Source of the DNA: Tricharina praecox
Taxonomy: Eukaryota
Length of the DNA: 64,000 nt
NCBI RefSeq assembly: GCF_024521635.1
Contig: NW_026250414.1
Coordinates: 186,001-250,000, forward strand
Direction: 5' to 3'
Part shown: positions 11,761 through 24,160 of the stretch, one piece after another
Layout: each line of letters opens with the position of its first letter
Numbering within the stretch: the stretch's first letter is position 1
Made by a program: the position numbers and the translations under genes
Notes under the pieces: generated by a model
Seen by the model: only the letters and a program-made list of their open reading frames with translations
The model's database searches: none
Told to the model about the DNA's origin: nothing

Positions 11761-14700
11761 CGGGGAGATGTCCTGTTGCTGAGTCGAACAAGCGGGTGTA
11801 TTAATCCTGCGGCCACGGCGCGACGGGGTCGAGGTGAAGTCGGAATTATCGAGTTATCGAGTACCTAGTATCGTACAGCTCAAGGAGGTCCTCAAGGGGT
11901 GTTGAACGAGCGAGGTCGAGTGGAGTAGTAGTGTTTGGTGGTGGTGGAGCAGAGCAGAGTCTGGGTAGGTATGGTGGTATGGGGCAGGAGAGTAGGAGGT
12001 AGCAGGGCTGTGCACTGCACACTCGTCTCTCGCTCGCTTCCTGTTACACGAGTTATGTAGAGTATGTAGAGTAGGTGTGTGTGAAGAAGGGAAGAGTGGA
12101 CGAGGACGAAGAAGCAGCTGGCTGGCTGGCTGGCTTCGGTTTTTCTCGCCCCCCTTGGGATGCGGTTGGTTTCCTGCGAAAAGCAATATCGGCACCGCTC
12201 TCTGGTTAGACCGACTGCCACATCGCCTGCGACACTCCAATCGAACGAATAATGGGCCACCGGTGAATGCGGAGCGAAGGTCAGGTAGAGCAACTAGAGC
12301 AGCATAAAGTACCCTGGAATCCTGGATGATTACTATTTTGGACGGCTAAGGCCTGCGCGTGTTCTGCGGTGCTGCCTTAACATGCCGATTACTAACTCAG
12401 CCCCCGGACACATCTATATATCGACTCTCTCGCAACCGTGGGTGGGTGTTCGTCCCTCGTCGAATTCGACGACTATAAAGCCCATGCTTTCCTCCCCCCA
12501 CTCCACTCCGCAGAGAAGCTCACGAGGTCTGAAGACTTTCTCCTGACTTGACGAAGGATGCTGTTGTTGTTGCTGTTGTTGTTGGATCCTCGAGCCGGTC
12601 TCTCGCTCGTATCGACACCACGCCAACCCGTACTCTACTTACACCCTGCATGGCCCCAACCAACCACGCTGTTGCCTTACCTCAACTAGTGCCCCCTACC
12701 CCCCAACCCCAGTTCTCATGAGCGTCGTTCAGCCGCAGTCAACAAATCAAAGCGAGCGGCTTGCCGTGTCTCCGTTTTGCGCGGCTTCTAGCTAGAGTAT
12801 TAAGAAGAGGGGAAAAAACGTGCCAGTGTGCGGAGTTGAAACTCAAATCCGACGCTTGCTTGTGAGCGGAGAAACACAATCGATACATCTCGCGACCGTG
12901 CCTGCGGTGGTGGTGGTGGTGGTGGTACTTATGTAGAGGTGTGGTGGTGGTGTGGTGGTGTTGCAACTCGGTGGTGGTGGTGGTGGTGGTGGTGGTGGGT
13001 TGACCACCAGCGCTTAATTTAGTTCCCGAACTCTTAACGAACTAGAGTCTAAGCAGAGTAGACTCAGTAGAGTAGGCCACCACTACCAAGATACTCAGGC
13101 CCGCCAGCCGTGGTGGTCGGTCGGTCGGTCGCTAAGTGAGTAGATATCGATTACATACACACGGACTCCGCACGGGCGGGCGATCATGAGGTCTCGCGAG
13201 TGTGGAGACTCTAGTTGTGCGGCTGAGTGGAATAGGTTGAGTAGAGTACGCCCACGCGGGGTCGAGTGGCGGCGACGTGAGGTATCGACGGCTTGAACAA
13301 TGGGTACCTCCGGACTTCGCGATGATGATGATGATGATGATGATGCCTAGAGCTTGGTGCTACATAAGTGTTCAGCCAGGCTCCAGCAAGGGGCGGGGGC
13401 GAGTACTCTACCGAGGAGTCAGGACTTGGAGATACCTATATCTGGATACCAGTATCTAACGTGCTCGGTAGCAGCAAGCGCACATCTACCTGCTATGTAT
13501 CGTCACACACACCGTGCGCATTCCGCAGAGAACATCTTTTGCACTCGTGCTCGAGAATTTGCACGGAACACTCGGAACAGCTGCAGATGTGAATTATTAG
13601 TGATGTAGTCGCTCGATACATCACACCGGTAGAGGGATTACTCGTAGATGAAGCAGAAGCACGGCTGAGTTATGAAACAGTCATCAGTCATCAGTCAGGG
13701 TTCTGCATGCGGCAGGTGTCACCCCGTGAGCCGAGAATGGTATTCAGCTTTGATTCAGCTTTGGTCCCGCTCGTGCAGGGACTCATGGTGGAGCACTCGG
13801 CTGGCAATGCCAACAGGTAAAAATATCATGCTTCCTCGATACTATATTTGTTCCCGATCATTCGTTACCAGTGCTGGCTTAGTTATCCGGTCTGATTCAC
13901 AGCTCCGCTCGTCGTATGTCGTCCAACGATACTTTGATGTGCTAGGACTCTGGCACACAGACGCTGATCGACCGGATAGTAGCTGCCACCGTGCCCTAAA
14001 GTCTATCTAGACACCGATCCTTCATCCGTGCCTTCGAGCACCGAGCGACAAGATTGGAAACATATCACATCCATTCATGGAGTAGGTGTTGAAAACTGTA
14101 CGTGTATGTCGGTAGGAACAGAGTTGACTCCCAAAGCCTCATATTACGTTCCTCCACAACACTATGCCAGTAGCCCCGAGGTATAAAGCTAGTTCTTGTT
14201 GACGACCAGTTGAGAACCGAGGGTACGGGAATGGTTAAGGCAGTATATATCCTCTAGAAAGTCGACCAGAAGTTTTCATGTTAATACCGGCGCCAGTCTT
14301 CAACTTCTCTGGAACCTATTGTAAATGTTTGACTCGATAGCGTTTCCCAAGGCGAGAAGCCAGTAGAGTACTGGGAGACCCGGTCATAGTGATAAACAAA
14401 GTTGAGTGGTGTCAAAACGATGTACTTACCCCTCAGGGTAGGCGGAGAGAAAAACAAATCTACCCCAATTCCTTACGGAATGCAGTAGGTAGAACATTTC
14501 CATACGTATTCCCCCCTCAGGTTAGGGTCTTGGAGATGCCATGCCACTCACGTTGATGCTGACGCTGCCCCGCAATCGACCTCTTTTCCTGTGCCTCCTA
14601 TTCGCCTGGTGAGCATATATGCACTCACTTGCGCTGCCGCGCGTTCTCCTATATATGCACACACTCGTGCCCGGCCCATGCGCCCACTCGCGCCTCCCCG

Positions 14701-15741
14701 CGCCAGCTGCTGCGCGCGCTTCATCCTTAATCATCAATGACTAAATCGAAATCAATATTGCACCAAACATTCGCATAGTTCATCCGCTTCGCCAATCGCC
14801 ATATGATAGATAAATACCCAGCACTGGTGCGAGAGTACCGCTCAAGACTCAAGAGTCAACATATTCACAGGGCGAGGATCTCTTCCCAAGGAGGAACCGT
14901 CCATGGCACGAGGTTTTTCTGTGCAGAGCTGTCGGACAGTTGATCCTTCCGTGAAGCGACCATAAGCGCGGTAATCAACTCCCGGACTTGGAATTCTATG
15001 GTTTTTGTGCTTAAGGTTTTTGAAGTTTGATGCTGTGGACTTGAGGTCCAAGGTTTATTGAATTTTGTGGGGTTTGTGATTTTCACGCTGGCTTAAAGTC
15101 AGCTCGATTGCCGCAAACTCTTCCTTGACAGAGTCAATCAATGTTTATGTCTTATGGGTGCACTTGACGTATTTCTGACATGAGGAGTCAATCCATTGCA
15201 ATGACTCGAGACAAATGGGCCGTGTAGTCTCCTCCCAAACCTGTTAGCCGAGCATTTGCCAGTCATAAGCATCAAAGTCTCATTACAACCGCACCCCAAA
15301 GCAGCGAGGAATGTTTCTCTGAAATTCCTGTCGCTCTGGACTGCCGATTCCGGAAACTTGAATTTCACGCTGATGAGCGCGTTGGCCTCAGCTACAGAAA
15401 GAAATTTCCCCCCAATTCACGACGACTGTGTTGAGCTTCATAAGATGCTGCGAAACATACCGATGAAGGTCCTAAAAGTCCGCCGTTGCAAGCTCTCGCT
15501 TGCGCGATTCCGACGATAGGTTTTACTCCCCGCCCAGGGTTGTACCCTAACGGACTGCCGTTGGCCGCTCAACTGGGTTAGTGCGTGGTATTTTCTCGTT
15601 AGTGCGCCCCACGCAACGCTTCTCCCACGCAAGCACAACTCCAGTGTGAAGGTGCTGTCACGACGAAACGACGAAGCAGTGCTACCGACGACAGACAATA
15701 CACGACCCCTCACACCGCCCGTCGCCTCAAGATAATCGATC

Positions 15742-17314
15742 ATGTGTACGTTGTCCCTGCGAAACACCCGGGGAGACGACAATGGCTGGATGGCGGGATT
15801 GGGTGAATGCTAATTTGATGCTTGTGTGTAGCTAACCCCGAGATGACACTTCGCGGAACCCTTGAAGGTGAGGAGCAACTTCGCCGTCTTCAAAAGCATC
15901 ATCGATGTGGCGATACGCCAATGCCGACCGAGGGACTGGAGAGCTAACTTTGTCTTTCGCTGGAATGAAGGGCACAGCGGTTGGGTTACTGTAAGTTTCC
16001 AATTGGAAACCGGTGGGGTGATGGAGGGATGTTGATCGGATGCTGATGGAAGTTGTGCAGTCTCTCGCCACCTCGGCTGAGAACCCCAACATGCTCCTGT
16101 CTGGTTCCCGCGACAAGACTTTGATCATCTGGAACCTGTAAGGACCCCGCCCGCCGAGTTGTCGATGTTGTTCAATGCCTGACGTCGGTGTCCCGCACAG
16201 CACCCCGAACGGAGACAGCGCCGGTGTCCCCAAGCGCAGCCTGAAGGGTCACTCTCACATTGTCTCGGACTGTGTACGAATGTCCCACAACACGCCGTGC
16301 TCGGGAGCGAGAGGCTAACCCGTCCATTCGTGCCGTGCAGGTGATCTCCTCCGACGGTGCCTACGCTTTGTCCGCCTCGTGGGACAAGACCCTCCGCCTC
16401 TGGGAGCTGTCCACCGGTCAGACCACCCGCCGTTTTGTCGGACACACCGGTGACGTCCTCTCGGTTTCGTTCTCCGCCGACAACCGTCAGATCGTCTCTG
16501 GATCCCGTGACCGTACAATCAAGCTCTGGAACACCCTCGGTGACTGCAAGTTCACCATCACCGAGAAGGGCCACACCGAGTGGGTCTCGTGCGTCCGTTT
16601 CAGCCCCAACCACTCCAACCCCGTGATTGTCTCCGCCGGTTGGGACAAGCTCGTCAAGGTCAGTGCCGCCCCTTCTGCCAGTCCTCAGAAAGAAACAATG
16701 GAGGGAGCCGAGTGTTGCCAAATGATGTTGCATACGTATTTGCTACTTCAGAGCCTTCAAGGCCATGAGACCAACAATCACCTTTTTGCCCTGATGGCAC
16801 ACTCACTCCGAAGCTTCATTGTTTTCTTGGCCTGGAATAATCCATGTCGGGATTCGTGCTGACGTCGATAATCCTATAGGTTTGGGAGCTCTCTTCGTGC
16901 CGCATCCAGACCGACCACAGCGGCCACACTGGTTACATCAACACCGTCACTATCTCCCCCGATGGATCGCTTTGCGCTTCCGCCGGAAAGGACGGAACCA
17001 CCATGCTGTGGGACCTGAACGAGTCCAAGCACCTGTACTCGCTCAACGCCGGTGACGAGATCCACGCCCTTGTGTTCTCTCCCAACCGCTACTGGCTGTG
17101 CGCTGCCACCGCCTCGGACATCATCATCTTCGACCTCGAGAAGAAGAGCCAGATTGACAAGCTCTCGCCCGAATGGATCAGCAACAGCACCAAGGAGAAC
17201 CCCAAGAAGACCAGGACCCCCGAGTGTGTGTCGTTGGCTTGGTCTGCGGACGGAAACACCTTGTTCGCCGGATACACCGACAACAAGATCCGTGTCTGGG
17301 GCTGCAGGGCATAA
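15742..17314 (+). CDS. cpc2: RACK1 / Cpc2 / Asc1 WD40 ribosomal scaffold protein
   Basis: Spliced [46 protein letters not shown]...; exons 15742-15745, 15832-15867, 15971-15990, 16061-16137, 16201-16273, 16341-16658, 16880-17314. Confidence 0.95.
16718..16797 (+). ncRNA. SNR24: Box C/D snoRNA U24 (snR24) in the last RACK1 intron
   Basis: Terminal stem TGCCA/TGGCA, C box ATGATGT, guide TATTTGCTACT plus D' box CAGA, D box CTGA; U24 is known to lie in the ASC1/cpc2 intron in yeasts. Confidence 0.9.
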
Positions 17315-17754
17315 ACGGAAGTCTAGTTGGGTTGAATTAAAAAAAATAAACTTCGAATTTTTTTTGATTCACACAAATGGCGACGATAAATTCCTCACAT
17401 CACTTGTTGGTTCTTCTTCATGTGTTTGTGGCGGACTAGGGTAAACAAAACGGGGGCAGCAGGCGCAATTCTACGGGCTGATTTTACTCTTTTTCTTTTC
17501 CTTTTCTCGGTTTTTTTTTTGTCAGATAATTGGGAAAGGTTGGGGGCAAACTTTTCCATTGTCCGTGGTCACTGGCACCTTCGAATCAAGCAGAGCCATT
17601 GCCTTTCACTAGAGATCGAGAAGAGTGGCCGTAGATACCGTAATCGCATCAAGCAAACCAACATGCAGACCGCAAAACCCCAAGCAAGCCAACCAATACC
17701 GTACCATGAACTCCCAAAAGCACGCAAAAAAACCGGCAAACACCATTGTGCATA

Positions 17755-18834
17755 TCACTTGAAAAAGCTGGTGATCTTTCTATTCCCATCTGGTGTGGGT
17801 TTCTTTTTCGTCTTCTTGGGCGATCTTCTATTCGCGGCATTGCTAGTAGCACTCTTTGTCGTCTTCGTTTTCTTCACAGGAGTTGGAGTTGGCAGCTCTT
17901 TGGCGTCATCAGATTTCTTCAGCGTCTTTCCAGGCGGCGGCGTCTCCGGCGGTTCATCCTCCGCCATCCTCTTCTCCATCTTCTTCTCCTTCTCCTTCTC
18001 CTTGCTCGGCGAAGCAGCCGCAGCCGCAGCAACAATCCTCTGCCTCTCGAGCCCTGCGCGAATGCCATCTTTCCTCTCACTGACCCTGTCGACGAAGGTC
18101 GGGGAGTCATTACCGACCTTCCCCACCTCGCCGGCGACGGGATATACCTCGAGCGCGCCGCCCTCCCACGGCACCAGCAGCGGCTGCAGCGCGTCCCACG
18201 AAGTATCCGCGTTCAGCCATCGCGAGGCGTCGCCCGCCGAAAGGATCGTGGGCATGCGCGCGTGCAGGAATGACAGCGTTGTGGAAGACGGGGTGGTGAT
18301 TATTGTGTACGTGTTGGTGGATGGGTCGTAGAGGCCTGCGAAGAGGAGGGGGGGCATACCCGGGGAGGGCGTGGCCTTGGAGTCGGGGTTGGGGTCGGAG
18401 GGGGAGGGGGTGGAGGGGGAGGGCGGGGAGGGGGAGGGCGCGCACGGCCGCACGTGGTGCGGCTGCCCCGTCGCCGGAAGCCACTCGTAAAACCCGTTCG
18501 ATGGGACCACGCAGCGGTATGGCTTCAGACGGTCCCAGAAGCCCGTCGGAGCAGCGAGAGTCTCTGCCCGCGTGTTGATTTGTGTCCACTGCTGCTGCGG
18601 CGTCGCTGAGGGAGTCGTCGCGGTGAGGGTGACTCCCCATTTCATCGGTGTGAGCTGGAGGCTGACATTTTCCCCGCTGTTTGGAGCGAGGGTGATCACC
18701 GGCGCAGTCTGCCCGGGCGCGATGTTGTAGCGCGGCTGGTAGGCGTCGGGTGCGGCGGAGATGGCGAGGCCAGAGGTGCGGAGGTAGGATTCGAGCGTGG
18801 ACGGTGAGAGGTACAGGACGTAGCGGCCGCACAT
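17755..18834 (-). CDS. SRAP/HMCES abasic-site protecting protein (DUF159)
   Basis: N-terminal MCGRY (catalytic Cys2), PRYNIAP, MKWG, INTRAET, GFYEW, HARMP; ATG at 18834. Confidence 0.92.
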   Translation of the reverse strand: MCGRYVLYLSPSTLESYLRTSGLAISAAPDAYQPRYNIAPGQTAPVITLAPNSGENVSLQLTPMKWGVTLTATTPSATPQQQWTQINTRAETLAAPTGFWDRLKPYRCVVPSNGFYEWLPATGQPHHVRPCAPSPSPPSPSTPSPSDPNPDSKATPSPGMPPLLFAGLYDPSTNTYTIITTPSSTTLSFLHARMPTILSAGDASRWLNADTSWDALQPLLVPWEGGALEVYPVAGEVGKVGNDSPTFVDRVSERKDGIRAGLERQRIVAAAAAASPSKEKEKEKKMEKRMAEDEPPETPPPGKTLKKSDDAKELPTPTPVKKTKTTKSATSNAANRRSPKKTKKKPTPDGNRKITSFFK

Positions 18835-19076
18835 GCTGGCTTGCTTGCTGGCTGGATGTTGGGATGGTGGGGTAGTCACGGTAGTGATGACGGTGGGGCT
18901 CGCTTGATAAATCCACGCCTAGAGCCGAGCACGACCGGCACGACGTCATGCATTTTTGTTCTGCGCTTAGATAGGCATAGAGTACCTACCGTAGAGAGAA
19001 GAACTCCCCGCCCCCACTACGTACGAGGATCTGTACTGTACTCTCTTCTCTACTCCAACAACAGACAGACAGCACC

Positions 19077-20496
19077 ATGTTCTCACGAGCGATCCGTCCC
19101 GCCACGAGCGCAATCCGAATCTCGCGGTCCCGAACCCTGCAGACACTGTGCCGGCCGCGCCCAGCAGCAGCAGCAGCACCACTACGGCCGCACCTTCAGC
19201 AGCAGCACCGAAATGCGTCGAACTATCGCAACCTCCTCGACGAGATGCAGAACGGCGGGCTGCGACGGAACTGGCTGAGCATCGCAACCTTCACCACGCT
19301 GTAACTCCCCCCCAGCCCAGAGCACCCATCCCTCCCGCGGGACAACACCCAACAGCAGCTCACACCTACCAGTATCAGCATCGCCCTCGGCTCCGGCATC
19401 TACGTCGTGTACCTGTACAACGAGCTGGTCGAGAAGCCGCTGTCGGTGTACCCATCCGCGGTGGCCTCGCAGATCAAGGCCGCGCTGTACCAAGCCTCGC
19501 GAGGCAACGTGACCGAGATGGCCGCGGCGTTCAAGGCCGCCATCACCGCTGCCGAGGCGGCCGGCATGCACCCGCTCTCAGATGAAGTCGCTGGGCTGAA
19601 GATTGAATGTGCGCAGTTCCTGCTGAAGATGAAGGAGGGCGCGTATGCGGAGAAGGGGGTCCAGGTGCTCGAACATGTGCTGGACGAGTCTGCGGCTGGC
19701 GCGGAGTTCTTCGAGAAGGAGGGCCGCTGGGGTGATAGGAATAAGGTGCTCAAGCGCGCGGTGTTGCTGGGGTATAAGATTGGCGAGATCTATCAGGGCC
19801 TCGAGAAGGATAGGGAGGCGGAGGAGGCGATGTCGTGGAGTACCGAGACGTTGCTGGAGGAGATCAAGCGGAGGGAGGGGAAGAAAGTGGACGAGAGCGA
19901 GGAGGGGGATTGGTTCGATGACATTGCCATGTCGGCCTGCTTCGAGAGTAAGGCCCAGTCATCACCACGCCCACTTATCACCGCAGCAAGAAACTGACGA
20001 CGATACTGCAAATACAGAGCTCGCCCAACAGTACGAAAAGACATCACAATACTACCTCGCCACGCCGCTCTATCTCAAAGCGCTCTCGCTGCTGCCGCCG
20101 CACACGTGCCACGCAATAACGTTAATGAACAATCTCGGCGCCTGTCTCTCACGGCAGCAGCCCCCGCCGGCCTCGGCCGCCACAGGCGCGCCCGCTTCCG
20201 TTACCCGCGAGCAGCTCCTGAGCAACGCCCAGAAGTGGACCGAGAAGGCGCTCGAAATAGACGCAAGAGTCGTCCCGCCCATCCGAACCGCCGAGTGCGA
20301 CGAGGCTTGTGTCGCCGCTACCCACAATCTCGGCGAGATCGCGCGGATGCTGGGAAACAAAAAGCTTGCGACGGAGAAATTTGACGAGGCGATGAGTCTG
20401 GCGAAGGGATTGGGCATGGCGGATGGAGTAAAGGCGGCGAGGGAGGGTCTGCTGAAGGCGGATGTAATGAAGGAGGGCGAGGTTAGTCTTGTGTAG
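19077..20496 (+). CDS. Mitochondrial inner-membrane TPR protein, Mgr3-like
   Basis: Arg-rich presequence MFSRAIRP.., TM WLSIATFTTLISIALGSGIYVVYLY, TPR-like helices (LATPLYLKAL..CHAITLMNNL, ECDEACVAATHNLGE); exons 19077-19300, 19373-19947, 20018-20496. Confidence 0.7.
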
Positions 20497-20838
20497 AAGT
20501 GAAGTGTATGATGTTGGAGATATTAGAACATGCATAGTACGACAGTCTGTTTGCTTGGTTGGAGGTGTGTATGATAAGAAAAGAAAATCCATTCTTGTGT
20601 CTGTCTGTCTGTCGATTCGTCGTCGGCGTGCTCCCCACGCCGGATTGAGTCCGTCCATCCCGCTCATCCCGCTCCGCTCATCCTGTCCCCCCCCCCCAAA
20701 AAAAAATAAAAAAATAAAAAAAAAGATAATCAAAAAATAAAAAAGAAGAATCCAACAAACGCCAGCAGCCGCCATAGGTATTATACAGTGAATAATCACA
20801 TACACACACTCTCTTCCATTTTAGTCTTTTAGTCGATA

Positions 20839-21184
20839 TCAAAACCCGCCCGAAAGCCGCACGGTAGTTTCTAGACAGCCATCTACATCATCGCACGTGT
20901 AGTGGCCGCAGTACTGGCAGTTCCACTGGCCGGTCGAGTCGATGAAGTTTATGCGGCTGTACTGGTTGAAGCACTTGCAGCATGTCGTTGCGTTCTGGAT
21001 TTTTGGAAAGAACAGATGTTAGAATTTTGCGGAGAATAGCAATATGCGGGGAGTGGACGGGGGACAGGGGACGGGGGGATGTACGTACGGGTGGGATTTT
21101 TGCGTGCTGGTGCTGGTGCGGGTGGTGGTGGTGGGTCGCATATGAGGATGTGGCCGCGTGGCATGCAGTGTTGCTTGCTGGCAT
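20839..21184 (-). CDS. Small (83 aa) His-rich, Cys-rich putative zinc-binding protein
   Basis: Exon 21184-21089, intron GTACGT..TTCTAAC..CCAG (94 nt), exon 20994-20839, in frame; CCKC-x17-CQYCGHYTC-x5-C; T/G-rich 3' UTR follows. Confidence 0.7.
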
Positions 21185-23911
21185 TTTTGCAGATCGGAAG
21201 GGAGAGGGTGGATAATAGGGTTTGTGAATGGAAGTGTGATATGTGTCCGCTTGAATTATTCAACTCGTCGTCGATAGGTAAGTAGCTCTATGTATGTATG
21301 ATATGTAGTCCGCAGCTATGTATGTAGGTGTTGCCGTTGCCGTGAAGAATCCGAATAGCAGACAATGACTGGGGGAGGATGGGGGGAATTTATAACTTGC
21401 GCGCCGAGTCCCGAGTGACGGCGCATGCCACAATATGACATCGCTCCTCTCTCTCTCTCTCCTCCCCTCGACGCGGGAAGTGCAACTGCACACTGCACAC
21501 TGTGCTATTGCTGCTAATGCGCACCGCGCCGCACTGCGATGCTCGTCTCTTTCTCTCGCTCGTCCTCCTGCCGCTGCTACTGCTGCTGCCTGGTTGTCAC
21601 CGCTCGGCGAATCCAAAGCCACTCTTTCGGATGGGGCGCAGTACCTACACAGCTTCGACGACATTTCGGCGCCGACTTTGACTTTGACATGACTTGACTT
21701 TGACTCACCGCAAACAGGAAAGGAAGACAGGGCGTACCGTAATTTGCTTACCATGCTTCTGCCGTGCGATTCCTCTTCCTCTTCCTCTTCCTTCCCTCCT
21801 TCCTTTGCCTGCAGGCAGGCAGGCAGTTTCTGCCTCGGCGTTCCATTTTCTCGCTGCAGTTGCCTGTCTGCCCGTTCTTTATGCCATCGCCTGGGACGTG
21901 CAGATATCAGATGAGGCACCATCAAAGTTCAGCCCGATGGATTGTACTTACCCTTAGCAGCATGCCCGTTCCCAGCCGCAGCAGCGGATACTATCGATTC
22001 CGTCCGCCCCGCAGCCCCCGCTCATCCGTACACATCCTCATTCATCCATCCATTCATTCCGGCGTGGGCTTTCGGATTGCCAATTTGGAAGAGTCCGCAA
22101 GCGGCTGCTGCTTCCGGTGTGCAGCTGCGTGGGGTAAGGTAACAGGTTTGTGGGATGTGGGGATTGCTGCCTCTGCCTCTACCTGCCAGGCATCAACCGC
22201 AGAGTCGTGTGATGATGATGCTGCTGATGACGATGATGAGGGGTAGGCAGGCAACGTTGGGATCGGCGTGCTTTCGTTCGTTCGTTCGCTCGCTCGTGCG
22301 GCTCGTTCGTTTCGTCCGTTTCGTCCGTTTCGTTCGTTTTGTTCGACCTGCAGCAGACGTCTTTGCTAGACACGCAGTCGGATGGATGGATGGATGAGCG
22401 TGCGGGGCATTGGGCGGGGAGAGCACATATATATATTTACGGCTATATACCTATCGGAGTAGGTAGGTATGTAGGTATGTGTGGCCAAAGAGGTGACTGC
22501 TGCTGGCCATTGCACGCACACATGCTCATGCTCATGCTCATGCTCGCCCGGGGGCAACTTCGTCGTCACGAAGGGATAGCGCATGCGGATTTTCAGCTGG
22601 ACCTTAGAGCTCATGACGTAGGTACATACCTAGGTACCGTAGATTGCCGGTAGACACCTATGTTGTAGGAACTGCTGAGTGTTCGAGAGTATGTACCGGT
22701 AAGGTACCGCACATACCCATACTCATACCGTCATACATAGTCCAGCCGAAACCTCGAATCCACCGCCACCGCCAGCGTGGTGTAAGCACTGCAAGTCTGC
22801 AATTGAGTCAATCTGGAGTCAGCCAGCCGGAACATGCACCTGGGAGCGGGAGGAACGTATGGTACATAGGCATAGCTAGAGCCTGGCTGTATGGAATGGA
22901 ATAGATTGTGATCCATCGCTTGATGGGGCCGTTATGACTCTTCTATATATATTCTTCCGTGTGGGGTGGCCCGGGCTGGAAGCTATTCGTCAATGTCAAG
23001 TGCCGTGTGGCCTGTAGGGGATGGGATGAGATGAGATGACGGAGATGGATCATGGGGGTAGTTGGCGATGGGGATGTGGATGTGTGGCTGGGGGAAGGGA
23101 GATGATACCTACGGACAGTCGGCCAGGTACTTAGGTACTGTTCAATCAACATGGCCGACTGCTCTTCTCTCCAGGAGCATTTGCATCAATTCCCGCGCCA
23201 CTCCATTGCAACTGTCTGTTTCTAAAGTACAAATAAAACTACTCTCTATCCGATCAAACACCCGCACCATCTCGGTGCAGTAGGATACCAAGCTTTTCAA
23301 AACCAGACTCACGAGCCACCATCCGTTCCGTACATCAGTACATGTTGGCCACGTGAATTTGATTTTTGACATTTAGAGTGAGTACCAGGTATATCCCTCC
23401 CTCGATTGGAATTGGGCTCTCGCGCTACAGCCTACGGGGGCTGTGTGGGATACCTACCTAGTGTACGCACAAGAGTGAGAAGTTGGGATGATGGCGGTGC
23501 TGGGGCGTAAGCTGGAACTGCATACTACATGGTACCACTCAGCCTTACCGCTTCGCCTCCCAAAATGTATCCGTCACCGATCAAGACTACATATGAACCT
23601 GTCCAGCAGCTTGACCAGAAACCCCACATCCAGGTAATCTACCCATGGTAAACCGAAGTAATTATCATAGTAATACAAAAACACAGCAACAATAATAATT
23701 CCTGGAAACCTCCAAACAAAGCAAAACAAAGCAAAAACAACGCAGAAAACAAAAAACATCCAGCTCCCGCGACATGCACGACTGGCTGTGAAGCCAACCT
23801 GCGGCCACGCCGCCAGGTATGGCTTTCTTGACGGCGTTTCCCAGGGCCAATGAGACCACTCGAGCCACTAGATTTCCAATGTCTGGTAGGTATCTGCATC
23901 TGCATCATCAT

Positions 23912-24160
23912 CCGCCCACCAGAAAAGGTCATCGTGTGAGCTGCCATGCGCTCGGCACGCACCCACCACAAAAGTTAGACGGGCTGTTGGACATCTTGAT
24001 AGCCACCCACCAGGCAAGGTCGTCGGGTGAGCTGCCATGAGCTCAGCACGCACCCACCACAAAAGATTGCTGTTGGACATCTTGATTCTTGACTACCGCC
24101 CACCAGGACAGGTCATCGTGTGAGCTGCCATGAGCTCAGCACGCACACACCACAAAAGTG
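23912..24160. repeat. Three degenerate ~92-bp tandem repeats
   Basis: Core CCACCAG..GGTC.TCG.GTGAGCTGCCATG.GCTC.GCACGCAC.CACCACAAAAG near 23912, 24003 and 24096. Confidence 0.9.

Noticed and set aside
12990..13012. GGTGGGTTGACCACCAGCG resembles the 3' part of fungal 5S rRNA
   Set aside because: Arises at the end of a (GGT)n tract; the rest of 5S is absent
14010..14430. Minus-strand GTAAGT..CCAG followed by frames broken by TAA/TAG, possible pseudogene
   Set aside because: No recognisable protein similarity in any frame
14773..14783. GCATAGTTCA complementary to LSU rRNA, possible snoRNA guide
   Set aside because: Only 10 nt and no adjacent D/D' box
15370..15405. CTGATGAG...GAAA hammerhead-like core
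   Set aside because: Stem II and flanking stems cannot be paired convincingly
23912..24160. Repeat-spacer-like pattern suggestive of CRISPR
   Set aside because: Eukaryotic context, long degenerate units, spacers related to each other, no cas genes
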